Numbered from the stretch's first letter, positions 38,569 through 48,177 are shown. The stretch is DNA of 64,000 nt from an uncultured Gammaproteobacteria bacterium (GCA_964599565.1 CAZRFE010000006.1:1117-65116), one strand, 5' to 3'. Translations and numbers: made by a program. Notes: a model not told the origin generated them from the letters alone.

Positions 38569-39036
38569 TCAAACGCCTTCCGCGCCCTCGAAACCGTTCT
38601 GCCGCCAGGCCTCGAACACCGCAACCGCCACGGCATTGGAAAGATTGAGGCTGCGATTGCCCGGCCGCATCGGCAGCCGCAGGCGGCGGTCGTCCGCGAA
38701 ACCGGCCAGCACGTCCTCGGGCAATCCCCGCGTTTCGCGGCCGAACAGCAACCCGTCGCCCGGCCGGAATGCCGCCTGCACGTGATGGCGCGAGGCGTTG
38801 CGGGTGAATGCGTAGATTTCTCCCGGCACCGCCGCCCGCGCGTCGGCGAGCGCGTCATGCACGCGCACGTCCGCCCACTCGCGGTAATCCAGCCCGGCAC
38901 GCCGCAGGCGCGGTTCATCGAGTTCGAAACCGAGCGGGCGCACGAGATGCAGTGTGCAGCCGGTGTTCGCGGCCAGCCGGATGGCATTGCCGGTGTTGGG
39001 CGGAATTTCCGGCTGGTAAAGTAGAATGTGAAACAC
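38569..39036 (-). CDS. trmL: tRNA (cytidine/uridine-2'-O-)-methyltransferase TrmL (SpoU family)
   Basis: 155 aa from GTG 39036 (VFHILLYQPEIPPNTGNAIRLAANTG...). The SPOUT knot motif NLSNAVAVAVFEAWRQ is present. The track ORF extends 30 codons further without homology-like sequence. Confidence 0.85.
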   Translation of the reverse strand: MFHILLYQPEIPPNTGNAIRLAANTGCTLHLVRPLGFELDEPRLRRAGLDYREWADVRVHDALADARAAVPGEIYAFTRNASRHHVQAAFRPGDGLLFGRETRGLPEDVLAGFADDRRLRLPMRPGNRSLNLSNAVAVAVFEAWRQNGFEGAEGV

Positions 39037-39071
39037 GTCGAGACTCGCGCTGCCGTGAGCCGGACAGCCTG

Positions 39072-40055
39072 ATGCAGGAACATACCCCGATGAACGAACC
39101 CGCAGCCAACCTGAATCCGCTTGCACTCGACTTCTGCGGCATGCGGTTCGAGTCCCCGATCGTGCTCTTGTCCGGGTGCGTCGGGTTCGGCGAAGAATAT
39201 ACGCGCGTCGAAGGCTTTTCCAACCGCGATGCGGGCGCGATCTGTCTCAAGGGCACGACGGAAAAGCCGCGGCTCGGCAATCCGCCGCACCGGATCATGG
39301 AAACGCCCATGGGCATGCTGAACGCCATCGGCCTGCAGAATCCCGGCGTCGATCATGTCGTCGATCACATCCTGCCGACGCTCGACTTCAGCGAGACGCG
39401 CTTCATCGCGAACATTTCCGGTTCGACGCTGGAAGAATATGTCGCCGTCGCGCGTCGTTTCGACGACTCGCCCATCGACGCCATGGAAATCAACATTTCC
39501 TGCCCGAACGTGAAGGAAGGCGGCGTGCAGTTCGGCAACGACCCGGACATGTCCGCGCGCGTGGTTGCGGCCGTGCGCGCCGTGACGAAGAAGCCGCTCA
39601 TCACCAAGCTTTCACCGAACCAGACCGACATCCAGGAAAATGCCCGGCGCTGCATCGAGGCCGGCACCGATGCGTTCGCCGTCATCAACACGCTCATGGG
39701 CATGGCAGTGGATGCCGAGAAGCGCGCCGCGATCATCGGCAACATCCAGGGCGGGCTGTCGGGCCCCGCGATCAAGCCGATCGCGCTGCTGAAGGTCTGG
39801 CAGGTATCGCAGGTTGCAGCCCCGCACGGCATTCCCATCATCGGGCAGGGCGGCATCGCGTCCGCGGAAGACGCCCTGGAATTCCTGGTCGCCGGCGCGA
39901 GCGCCGTCGGCGTCGGCACCGCGCTTTTCTATGACCCGCTGATCTGTCCGAAGATCAATCGCGGCATCACTGACTATCTCGCGCGCCATTCCCTGAGAAA
40001 CGTGCGCGAGATCATCGGCAGTCTCGCCACCGGCCAGCGTGCGGGCTGCGCGTGA
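39072..40055 (+). CDS. pyrD: Dihydroorotate dehydrogenase, class 1B-type catalytic subunit
   Basis: 327 aa (alternative ATG at 39090). MLNAIGLQNPG, the catalytic-Cys loop EINISCPNVKEGG, and GGLSGPAIKP. Very similar to Bacillus-type PyrD as I recall it. Confidence 0.85.
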   Translation: MQEHTPMNEPAANLNPLALDFCGMRFESPIVLLSGCVGFGEEYTRVEGFSNRDAGAICLKGTTEKPRLGNPPHRIMETPMGMLNAIGLQNPGVDHVVDHILPTLDFSETRFIANISGSTLEEYVAVARRFDDSPIDAMEINISCPNVKEGGVQFGNDPDMSARVVAAVRAVTKKPLITKLSPNQTDIQENARRCIEAGTDAFAVINTLMGMAVDAEKRAAIIGNIQGGLSGPAIKPIALLKVWQVSQVAAPHGIPIIGQGGIASAEDALEFLVAGASAVGVGTALFYDPLICPKINRGITDYLARHSLRNVREIIGSLATGQRAGCA

Positions 40056-40084
40056 CCGTCCTCCGAGAATACCCTCATCATTCC

Positions 40085-40112
40085 AAGACAAATTCTTTTC
40101 CCGCTGTAAGAT
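40085..40112 (+). promoter_or_regulatory. Possible sigma70 promoter of the msh secretory operon
   Basis: AT-rich island with -35-like AAGACA (40085-40090), 16-nt spacer and -10-like TAAGAT (40107-40112), about 120 nt upstream of mshI. Confidence 0.3.
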
Positions 40113-40231
40113 ATGGCGCCTGTGGGTTACCGCGAACGCGCTGGTAATCCCTGTGCATGTTCAATCCGCCGCAGGGGCGCGGCAGCAGATCCGCCGGAAA
40201 TGCCGGCACGACGATCTGCATTCGATGAGGG

Positions 40232-41167
40232 ATGCGAGGGTTGGGTTTCTTCCGGAAAAAGCTGCGCAATGACGGCCTGACAGCCGTCGTCGTCGCGCGC
40301 GATCGCGGTCACATCGTCACCGTCGCGCGTCATCGTGCGCGCGCGCCGCGCGTCATCTTTCATCACGTCCTGTCACCCGGAAGCGACGCCGCCGACCTGC
40401 GGCGCGCACTTGAACGCGGCGCAGCGAAACGCTTTCCCGCCGGCACGCTGCTCGATCGCAACGACTACCAGCTGCTGCTCGTCGAAGCGCCCGACGTGCG
40501 GCCCGACGAACTGCGCGCCGCGATACGCTGGCGCATCAGGGACCTTGTCGGGTTTCACATCGATGATGCGGTCATCGATGTCTTCGAGATTCCGGGTCAG
40601 CGCCACGCAAACCGCAACCGCATGATGTATGCCGTCGCCGCGCGCTCACGCCGTGTCACCGAACGTGCGCAGATGCTCGATGACGCAGGCCTGCATGCCG
40701 ACGTTGTCGACATTCCGGAGATGGCGTTGCGAAATTTCGCAACGCTGCTGCCCGAGGAGTCGCGCGGCATCGCGCTGATTCATCTCATCGCGGATGGCGG
40801 TGTCATCATCGTCTCCCGCCAGGGAACGCTGTTCCTCGCACGGCGGCTTGATGTCGGCATGCGCGCGCTGCAGGACGCCGATGGCGACGAGCAGTCGAGA
40901 CTGTGCGAAGGCGTGCTGCTTGAAGTGCAGCGTTCGCTCGATTACTACGAAAGCCATTTCCCGCACGGACCGGTCGGCGCGATCGCGCTGACACCGACCG
41001 CGGCTGCAACCGCGCTCGCCGGCTACCTGCCCCGCCGGCTGGAAACGCCGATCCTGATGCCGCAGCTTGAAGACCTGCTGGAATTCGATGCAATGACGGG
41101 CGAGCCGGACGGCGAATTCATCCTCGCCCTCGGTGCGGCGCTGCGCCACGAGACGCGCTCGCCATGA
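40232..41167 (+). CDS. mshI: MSHA biogenesis protein MshI, PilM-like (actin-like ATPase fold) part
   Basis: 311 aa, first gene of the cluster. PilM-like layout (...DELRAAIRWRIRDLVGFHIDDAVIDVFEIP...VDIPEMALRNF...LEVQRSLDYYESHF). Confidence 0.7.
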   Translation: MRGLGFFRKKLRNDGLTAVVVARDRGHIVTVARHRARAPRVIFHHVLSPGSDAADLRRALERGAAKRFPAGTLLDRNDYQLLLVEAPDVRPDELRAAIRWRIRDLVGFHIDDAVIDVFEIPGQRHANRNRMMYAVAARSRRVTERAQMLDDAGLHADVVDIPEMALRNFATLLPEESRGIALIHLIADGGVIIVSRQGTLFLARRLDVGMRALQDADGDEQSRLCEGVLLEVQRSLDYYESHFPHGPVGAIALTPTAAATALAGYLPRRLETPILMPQLEDLLEFDAMTGEPDGEFILALGAALRHETRSP

Positions 41168-41775
41168 TGCAGCAGGTCAACCTCTACCAGCCGATCCTGC
41201 GCCGCGAGAAGAAGGTCTTCTCCGCGATCACCATGCTGTGGATGCTTCTGGTCGTCGCCGCGCTGATGCTGCTCGTGCATGCGTTCAGCCGCTGGCAGCT
41301 TGCCGCGCTCGAGCACGAGAACGTGCGGCTGCACGTTCAGCAACGCGAGCTCGCCGCACAGGTCGCAACGCTGTCGCGGAATCTCGGCGTACGCGCCGAG
41401 AGCCGCGAACGGCGTCGCGAAGCGGAAGCCGTGCAGCACGAGCTGCGGCTGAAACGCGAACTGCTCGCACGCATGCATGACCGGGCAACATCGCCCGCCG
41501 CCGGTTTCTCGGAATCCTTCGCCGCACTGGCGCGTCAGCAGGTGCACGGCCTGTGGCTGACGAACGTGGAACTTCACAACGACGACAGCGGGCGTCACGT
41601 TGCGTTGCGCGGCATGACGTTGCACGCGCAGTTCGTACCGCAGCTTGTGCGGCAGCTTGGCGAGGAGGCGGCGTTCCGCGGACTGCGCTTCCGTCAACTG
41701 CGTGTATTCCAGCCGGCGAATGCCGAACGCGAAGTGCTCGCGTTCGAGCTTTCCACGGCGGAGACGCAACCATGA
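41164..41775 (+). CDS. MSHA biogenesis protein, PilN-like part (MshI C-terminal-half equivalent)
   Basis: 203 aa. The ATG overlaps the mshI stop (ATGA). PilN-type N-terminus QQVNLYQP followed by one TM helix and a coiled region. Confidence 0.6.
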   Translation: MMQQVNLYQPILRREKKVFSAITMLWMLLVVAALMLLVHAFSRWQLAALEHENVRLHVQQRELAAQVATLSRNLGVRAESRERRREAEAVQHELRLKRELLARMHDRATSPAAGFSESFAALARQQVHGLWLTNVELHNDDSGRHVALRGMTLHAQFVPQLVRQLGEEAAFRGLRFRQLRVFQPANAEREVLAFELSTAETQP

Positions 41776-42437
41776 ACCTTCGTCAGCGCATGCAGCAGCT
41801 GACGGCGCAGATCGACGCACTGTCGCTGCGCGAGCGCGCGATATTGATGCTCGGCGCGTTCATGGTCCTCTTCCTGCTGTGGGACCGCATGCTGATGGCC
41901 GACATCACGCGCCGTGGTGCGGCGGTGAATGCCGAGATCACCACGACGCGTACGGACATCGGCAGGCTGAACACCGCGATTGCGAATGTCGCGCACGCGC
42001 GGGGCGACGATCCGGATGCCGTGCTTCGCGCGCAGATCGATGCCGCCCGCCGCGATATCGCCCGCATCGACAACGCGCTGGCGGAGCGCGCGGGACAGGT
42101 GATTCCGCCCGGTGAAATGGCCGATGTGCTGCAGGAAATCCTGCAGCGCCAGCAACGGCTGAAACTCGTCAGCATGACGAGCCTGCCGCCGGAAGCGCTG
42201 CTGACCGCGGACGAGGAACGCGAAGCGGGGCTTAACGGCTCGATCTACCGTCACGGTCTCGAGTTCGAGATCGAAGGGCGCTACCTCGATGTGCTTGGCT
42301 ATTTGCGTGAACTCGAATCGCTGCAATGGCAGTTCTCCTGGGACGCGCTCGAACTCGAGAGCATCGAGTATCCCGTGAACCGCGTGCGCATCCGTGTGCA
42401 TTCGCTGAACCTCGAGGAGGGCTGGCTCGGTGTCTGA
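41772..42437 (+). CDS. mshJ: MSHA biogenesis protein MshJ (PilO-like)
   Basis: 221 aa from ATG 41772 (ATGA overlap). N-terminal coil, one TM helix and a PilO-like C-terminal domain. Confidence 0.65.
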   Translation: MNLRQRMQQLTAQIDALSLRERAILMLGAFMVLFLLWDRMLMADITRRGAAVNAEITTTRTDIGRLNTAIANVAHARGDDPDAVLRAQIDAARRDIARIDNALAERAGQVIPPGEMADVLQEILQRQQRLKLVSMTSLPPEALLTADEEREAGLNGSIYRHGLEFEIEGRYLDVLGYLRELESLQWQFSWDALELESIEYPVNRVRIRVHSLNLEEGWLGV

Positions 42438-42786
42438 CGCATTCGCATACCGCGCACTCACCTGCGCATTCATCCTCGCGGCGCTTCCCGCAGCTGCCGG
42501 CGAACTCGCCGATCCGACACGGCCAGGTTACCTGCCGCCCGCAACCGCGCCGGCGACAGGTGTTCGCGCTCCGTCGTGGCGCGTGGAATCCATCATCGTG
42601 TCGCCCGGCCGGCGGCTCGCGGTGATCAACGGCCGTGTCGTTGCGGTGAACGATCGCGTCGGCGGCGCACGCGTCGTGGAAATAACGCCGTACGAAGTAC
42701 GTCTCGAATACCAGGGCGAAACCCGCCGCGCCGCGCTGGTGCCAGCCCGGGTCAAGCACCCGGCGAACTCAACGGTGGAACAATGA
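42430..42786 (+). CDS. mshK: MSHA biogenesis protein MshK
   Basis: 118 aa, GTG start with an 8-nt overlap onto mshJ. Signal peptide, DPTRP motif and a small beta-rich domain (VINGRVVAVNDRVGGARVVEI). Confidence 0.6.
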   Translation: MSDAFAYRALTCAFILAALPAAAGELADPTRPGYLPPATAPATGVRAPSWRVESIIVSPGRRLAVINGRVVAVNDRVGGARVVEITPYEVRLEYQGETRRAALVPARVKHPANSTVEQ

Positions 42787-44456
42787 AATCGCACGCACTA
42801 CGCAGGGTGATGTGGGTGACGGCCGTGCTCCTTGCGAGCGGCTGCGCATCGGGTGGACGCGGCAGCATCGATACTCGCCAGGACATCGCCGATGCGCTTC
42901 AAGCCGAACCCGTGCACGAGGTCGTCGCGCCGAGCGAGGCGACGGCCGCGCTCATGCCGCCATCGACGCTCTCTCTCGGCCTGCCCGGCGTGCACGAGCC
43001 GCGCTTCGATGTGATCGTCGATGGCGCGGATGCGCGCAGCTTCTTCATGAGTCTCGTGAAGGACACGACGTACAACGTCGTCGTGCATCCGGATGTCAGG
43101 GGCCGCGTCTCGCTGACGCTGAAGAACGTCACGGTGCCACAGGTGATGTCCATCGTGCGCGACGTCTACGGCTACGATTTCCGCGAAACCGCAAGCGGTT
43201 TCATGGTGCTGCCCGCCACCATCCAGTCGCGCATCTACCAGGTCGATTACCTCGACCTCGAACGCACGGGGAAATCCGAAACGCGCGTCAGCTCCGGTGC
43301 GCTGAGCGGCGGACAGGGCCTGGACGATGACGCACAGCGCACGGGCGGCGTATTCAGCAATGGCGCGAACAATGTTGTCGTTCGCCCGAGCACGATGATT
43401 GAAACCAGCAATGCGTCGGATTTCTGGGCGACGCTTGCCGCCACGCTCAACACCATGATCGGCGATGCAGCCGATCGCAAGGTGGTGGTGAACGAACAGA
43501 CGGGCGTGATCATGGTGCGCGCAACGCCGGAAGAACACCGGCATGTCGCCGAATACCTCGGAACCATCCAGTCGAGCGCGCAGCGCCAGGTCGTGCTCGA
43601 AGCGAAGATCATCGAGGTCGAACTCAACGAAGGTTTCCAGGCCGGCATCAACTGGGCCTCGCTCGATACCAGCGGCAGCCGCACGGTCACCGCCGGAATG
43701 ATCGGCGGTGCCGACATGCTCGATGGCGGCGCGTCCGACCTTGCAGGATTGACGCGCCTGGTCGGGCCCGACACGCCGCCCGTCACGGCGCTGCCGACAT
43801 CATTCTTCGGCGGTGCGTTTGCGCTCGCCGTCAATGCGACGAATTTCGATGCATTCATCGAAGTGCTCGAATCGCAGGGCGACGCGCGCGTGCTTTCCAG
43901 TCCGCGCGTTTCCACGGTGAACAACCAGAAGGCCGTCATCAAGGTCGGCTCCGATGAATTCTTCGTCACCGGCGTGCAGAGCAACACCACCACCGGAACC
44001 GCGACGAACACGAACAACACCGTGCAGCTGACGCCGTTCTTCTCCGGCATCGCGCTGGACGTCACCCCGCAGATCAGCGCGGCGGGCCATGTGATCCTGC
44101 ACATCCATCCGTCCGTCAGCGAAGTCACCGACCAGCGCAAGCAGGTGCAGGTCGGCGGCGAGGTAAGCGCGCTGCCGCTCGCGTTCAGCAATGTGCGCGA
44201 GTCGGACAGCGTGATCCGTGCGCGCAGCGGACAGGTCGTGGTGATCGGCGGGTTGATGAAATCGTCGACGCGCAAGGAAGAAGCCGGCGTACCGCTGCTG
44301 AGCGACATCCCCGTGCTCGGCAATCTCTTCCGGCATCAGCGCGAACGCGAGGTGAAAAGCGAGCTTGTGATACTGCTGCGGCCGCTCGTCATCGGCGCGG
44401 ATGCGGACTGGAACGGCGTCGTGAACAGGTATCGCGGCCTGCTCGGCGGCGAATGA
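42783..44456 (+). CDS. mshL: MSHA pilus secretin MshL (lipoprotein)
   Basis: 557 aa from ATG 42783 (ATGA overlap). Lipobox LLASGC. Secretin C-domain ...LSSPRVSTVNNQKAVIKVGSDEFF...VPLLSDIPVLGNLFR. Confidence 0.9.
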   Translation: MKSHALRRVMWVTAVLLASGCASGGRGSIDTRQDIADALQAEPVHEVVAPSEATAALMPPSTLSLGLPGVHEPRFDVIVDGADARSFFMSLVKDTTYNVVVHPDVRGRVSLTLKNVTVPQVMSIVRDVYGYDFRETASGFMVLPATIQSRIYQVDYLDLERTGKSETRVSSGALSGGQGLDDDAQRTGGVFSNGANNVVVRPSTMIETSNASDFWATLAATLNTMIGDAADRKVVVNEQTGVIMVRATPEEHRHVAEYLGTIQSSAQRQVVLEAKIIEVELNEGFQAGINWASLDTSGSRTVTAGMIGGADMLDGGASDLAGLTRLVGPDTPPVTALPTSFFGGAFALAVNATNFDAFIEVLESQGDARVLSSPRVSTVNNQKAVIKVGSDEFFVTGVQSNTTTGTATNTNNTVQLTPFFSGIALDVTPQISAAGHVILHIHPSVSEVTDQRKQVQVGGEVSALPLAFSNVRESDSVIRARSGQVVVIGGLMKSSTRKEEAGVPLLSDIPVLGNLFRHQREREVKSELVILLRPLVIGADADWNGVVNRYRGLLGGE

Positions 44457-45367
44457 CGGAGCACGCGATGTACCTGCAACATTTCGGATTGCGCGAACTG
44501 CCCTTCTCGCTGACCCCCGACACGGATTTCTTCTTTGCGTTCCGCAGTCACCAGGAAGCGCTCAACGTGCTGCTGGTTGCGCTCGACGGCGGCGAAGGCT
44601 TTCTCAAGATTACCGGCGAGGTGGGGCTCGGCAAGACACTGCTCTGTCGCACACTGCTGAACGCGCTGCAGGCGCCGTTCGTCACTGCGTACATTCCCAA
44701 TCCGCATCTTTCGCCGGCCGCGATGCGCCAGGCGATCAGCGATGATCTCGGGATCATGCCCGCCGCCGGCGCCACGCAACATGACGTCGTGCGCGCGATG
44801 ACCGCGCGCCTCATCGCACTTGCGCGTGCGGGCCGGCGCGTGGTGGTGATTCTCGACGAAGCGCAGGAACTTCCGGAGAAGACGCTTGAAGCGGTGCGCC
44901 TGCTCACCAATCTTGAAACAGGGAAACGCAAGCTTCTCCAGGTGGTGATGTTCGGCCAGCCCGAACTCGACCGGCGGCTGCAGCAGGACAGCCTGCGGCA
45001 GCTTCGCCAGCGCATCACGTTTTCCTACACGCTCGCGCCGCTCGACCGGCATGCAACGCAGAACTACGTGCGGCATCGCCTGCAGGTCGCGGGCCATCGT
45101 GGCGCCACGCTGTTCGAGTCGCGCGCGCTTGGCAGGATCCATCGCGCGAGCCATGGCATTCCGCGGCTGGTGAACGTGCTGTGCCACAAGGCACTGATGG
45201 TCGCGTACGGGCGCGGCGCCGAGCATGTCGAAGCGCGTCATGCGCGTCTTGCCATTGCGGATACCGAAGGCGCGCACTGGCCGCGTGCTGCGGACGCGCC
45301 GTTCTCGATATTCGCACCGCTGTCTTCCTGGCTTGCGCAACATGTCCCGGAGCGCTGGCTGCCATGA
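44453..45367 (+). CDS. mshM: MSHA biogenesis ATPase MshM (ExeA-like AAA+)
   Basis: 304 aa (ATGA overlap; alternative Met6). YLQHFGLRELPFSLTPD and Walker A GEVGLGKT. Confidence 0.85.
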   Translation: MTEHAMYLQHFGLRELPFSLTPDTDFFFAFRSHQEALNVLLVALDGGEGFLKITGEVGLGKTLLCRTLLNALQAPFVTAYIPNPHLSPAAMRQAISDDLGIMPAAGATQHDVVRAMTARLIALARAGRRVVVILDEAQELPEKTLEAVRLLTNLETGKRKLLQVVMFGQPELDRRLQQDSLRQLRQRITFSYTLAPLDRHATQNYVRHRLQVAGHRGATLFESRALGRIHRASHGIPRLVNVLCHKALMVAYGRGAEHVEARHARLAIADTEGAHWPRAADAPFSIFAPLSSWLAQHVPERWLP

Positions 45368-46398
45368 GTCTCATCAACGAAATGCTCAAGGACCTCGAAG
45401 CGCGCGGTGACCGCACGAACATCGCACGCGATGTGCACTGCATCGCCGATCGCGGCCGGCCGCGGATGAATCGCGCACTGCTTGCCTTGTGCGCACTGCT
45501 CGCGCTGATGCTCGCAGCGCTGATCTACCGCTCGCATGCAAGCGCGCACGCGGGTGCGCGCGCCGCAGAAACGTCCAACGGTGTTGCCGTCACCGAAACG
45601 GCAGCGGCGACGGAAGTCCCCGAACCGCTGCGTGCAACGCCGGATACCTCGGTCGACACCACGGCACCGATCGCCGCAGACACGCCGGACAAGGTGCTGC
45701 CGGTCGCGCAGGAAGCCGCCCCGGCATCGCGCACACCAGCGACCGGGGAATCGCGCGTGTCCGAGCCGGATGCTGCCGCGAAGGATGCCGATGCAACGCT
45801 GATCGTGCGCCGGCACGAGGCGAGCGACGCGGACCGTCGCGCGCGCGCTGCCCGTGACGGTTTCGCCGCGCTGCAGGGCGGTGACTGGAACGTATCCGCC
45901 CGCCTGCTCGCGGAACTTGTTGCCATCGAACCCGCGAACGACGATGCGCGCGAAGGCCTTGCGATTTCGCTCATGCAGACGGGACGCGTCGCGGAAGTCG
46001 AAGGCGTGCTGCTCGACGGTCTCGCCGTCGGTACGGCGCCCGCGCGCTTCGCGAAATTGCGCGCGCGCGTGCTGGCGTCGCGAGGAGATGTCGGCGGCGC
46101 CTTGCAGGGTCTTTCGGTGGCCGTACCGGATGTTGCCGACGATGCGGAGTTTCACGCACTGCGCGCCGCGCTCGCGCAGCGTTCCGGCGATTTCGCGCTT
46201 GCCGCACAGACCTATCGCCGGCTCGTCGCGCGCGAGCCGGCAAACGCAACCTGGCAGGCGGGACTCGCCATGGCACTGGATGCCACGGGCGATCACACGG
46301 GTGCGCGCGATGCTTACCAGCGCGCGATGGCAGCGGGCGGGCTCGACGCCGCGCTGCGCGCGCACGTCGAGCGGCGCCTTCGCGCGCTGCAGGAATGA
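45364..46398 (+). CDS. mshN: MSHA biogenesis TPR protein MshN
   Basis: 344 aa from ATG 45364 (ATGA overlap). MSLINEMLKDLEAR N-terminus, one TM helix, an Ala/Thr/Pro-rich linker and C-terminal TPR-like repeats. Confidence 0.6.
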   Translation: MSLINEMLKDLEARGDRTNIARDVHCIADRGRPRMNRALLALCALLALMLAALIYRSHASAHAGARAAETSNGVAVTETAAATEVPEPLRATPDTSVDTTAPIAADTPDKVLPVAQEAAPASRTPATGESRVSEPDAAAKDADATLIVRRHEASDADRRARAARDGFAALQGGDWNVSARLLAELVAIEPANDDAREGLAISLMQTGRVAEVEGVLLDGLAVGTAPARFAKLRARVLASRGDVGGALQGLSVAVPDVADDAEFHALRAALAQRSGDFALAAQTYRRLVAREPANATWQAGLAMALDATGDHTGARDAYQRAMAAGGLDAALRAHVERRLRALQE

Positions 46399-48173
46399 CG
46401 AACGGCATGACCGACACGACCCCGCGCAGGCAGCGAATACGCATCGGCGATCTTCTCGTGCAGGAGAGGATCATCTCCGAGGCGCAACTGCAGACTGCGC
46501 TTGCGGAACAGAAGAAGAGCGGACGCAAGCTTGGCCGCGTGTTCGTGGAGCTCGGTCTTGCGACGGAAGACAAGATTCTCGACGTGCTGTCCGTGCAGCT
46601 CGGCATTCCGTTCGTCGACCTGCGGCATTTCAATTTCAAGCCGGAGATCATCAAGCGACTGCCGGAAACCCATGCGCGGCGCTATCGCTGCCTGGTGCTC
46701 GAGGAGCGGGCCGACCGGTTCATTGTCGGCATGGCGGATCCGACCGATATCTTTGCATTCGACGAACTCGGCCGGCTGTTGCCGAAACCCGTATCCATTG
46801 TGCTCGTGCGTGAAGCCGACCTGCTGCTCGCCATCGACACGGTGTACCGGCGCACGCAGGAGATCGTCAGTCTCGCCGAGGAACTCGGCGAGGAACTCGG
46901 TGAAGGCGACTACGACATCTCGCACCTTGCGATCGATGAAGGCCAGCCCGATGCGCCCGTCATCAAGCTTCTGCAATCGGTGTTCGAGGATGCGGTGCAG
47001 GTGTCGGCATCGGACATCCATATCGAACCCGACGAAAACCTGCTGCGCATCCGCCAGCGCGTGGATGGCCGGCTGCAGGAACAGGTGATCGACAGCCGGC
47101 GCATCACCGGCGCGCTGGTCACGCGCCTGAAACTGATGTCGGGTCTCGACATCGCAGAGAAACGCCTGCCGCAGGACGGCCGTTTCACCATTCGCGTCAA
47201 GGGCAGGACACTGGATGTGCGCGTATCGACCATGCCGGTGCAGCACGGCGAGACGGTCGTCATGCGCCTGCTGGACCAGTCCGCCGGGCTGCTCGAACTC
47301 GACGAACTCGGCATGCCGCCGGCAATGCTGCGCCGGTTCGTGAACCTCATCCAGCGACCGTCCGGCATGCTGCTCGTCACAGGGCCGACGGGTTCCGGCA
47401 AGACAACGACCATCTACTCCGCGCTGAACCGCATCAATCGCGAAGACACGAAGATCATCACCGTCGAAGATCCCGTGGAGTACCGGCTGCCGCGCATCAA
47501 CCAGGTGCAGGTGCACGCGAGGATCGGGCTCGATTTCGCGCGCGTGCTGCGCACTGCGCTGCGCCAGGATCCGGACGTCATCATGGTCGGCGAAATCCGC
47601 GACCGGGAAACCGCGGAGATCGCGCTGCGCGCGGCGATCACGGGCCACTTCGTGCTCTCCACGCTGCACACGACGGATGCCGCGGCGACCGTGAGCCGGC
47701 TGATCGACATGGGCGCGGAAGGTTACATGGTGGCAAGCGCGCTCGACGCCGTGATCGCGCAACGTCTCGTGCGGCGCGTGTGCGCAAGCTGCGAACACGA
47801 ATTTGCGCCGACCGCGAAGGATCGCGCGTTCGTCGAAGGCATGCTCGGTGCGCCGACTCCCGCCGACGCCGTCTTCCGGCGCGGCGCCGGCTGCGCGTAC
47901 TGCAGCCACACGGGTTACCGCGGCCGCATTGGCGTGTACGAATTCCTGGAGATGAACGCAGAGCTTGCCGCCGCCGTGCGCGCAAGCGACAGCACCGCGT
48001 TCGCACAGCACCTGCATGCGGACGCGCAATACCGCCCGCTCGCACAGGTTGCGCTCGATGACGCGCTCAAGGGTCTGACCACGCTTGATGAAGTGCGCCG
48101 TCTCGCCGGTTCGCTGGATGAGTTCCGTGACGCCGGGCTGCTCGGCGATCCCCTGCAGCACGGCGCGTCGTAA
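46395..48173 (+). CDS. mshE: MSHA pilus extension ATPase MshE (GspE/PilB family) with an N-terminal MshEN c-di-GMP-binding domain
   Basis: 592 aa (ATGA overlap). Tandem RIGDLLV...Q / KLGRVFVELG...Q motifs, Walker A GPTGSGKTTT, Asp and His boxes, and the tetracysteine CASC...CAYC. Confidence 0.9.
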   Translation: MTNGMTDTTPRRQRIRIGDLLVQERIISEAQLQTALAEQKKSGRKLGRVFVELGLATEDKILDVLSVQLGIPFVDLRHFNFKPEIIKRLPETHARRYRCLVLEERADRFIVGMADPTDIFAFDELGRLLPKPVSIVLVREADLLLAIDTVYRRTQEIVSLAEELGEELGEGDYDISHLAIDEGQPDAPVIKLLQSVFEDAVQVSASDIHIEPDENLLRIRQRVDGRLQEQVIDSRRITGALVTRLKLMSGLDIAEKRLPQDGRFTIRVKGRTLDVRVSTMPVQHGETVVMRLLDQSAGLLELDELGMPPAMLRRFVNLIQRPSGMLLVTGPTGSGKTTTIYSALNRINREDTKIITVEDPVEYRLPRINQVQVHARIGLDFARVLRTALRQDPDVIMVGEIRDRETAEIALRAAITGHFVLSTLHTTDAAATVSRLIDMGAEGYMVASALDAVIAQRLVRRVCASCEHEFAPTAKDRAFVEGMLGAPTPADAVFRRGAGCAYCSHTGYRGRIGVYEFLEMNAELAAAVRASDSTAFAQHLHADAQYRPLAQVALDDALKGLTTLDEVRRLAGSLDEFRDAGLLGDPLQHGAS

Positions 48174-48177
48174 CGTC

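Noticed and set aside
40159-40167. tRNA-like T-loop sequence GTTCAATCC in the pyrD-mshI intergenic region
   Set aside because: The flanking bases do not form a T-stem, and no acceptor or anticodon arms can be drawn. It is not a tRNA or tRNA remnant.
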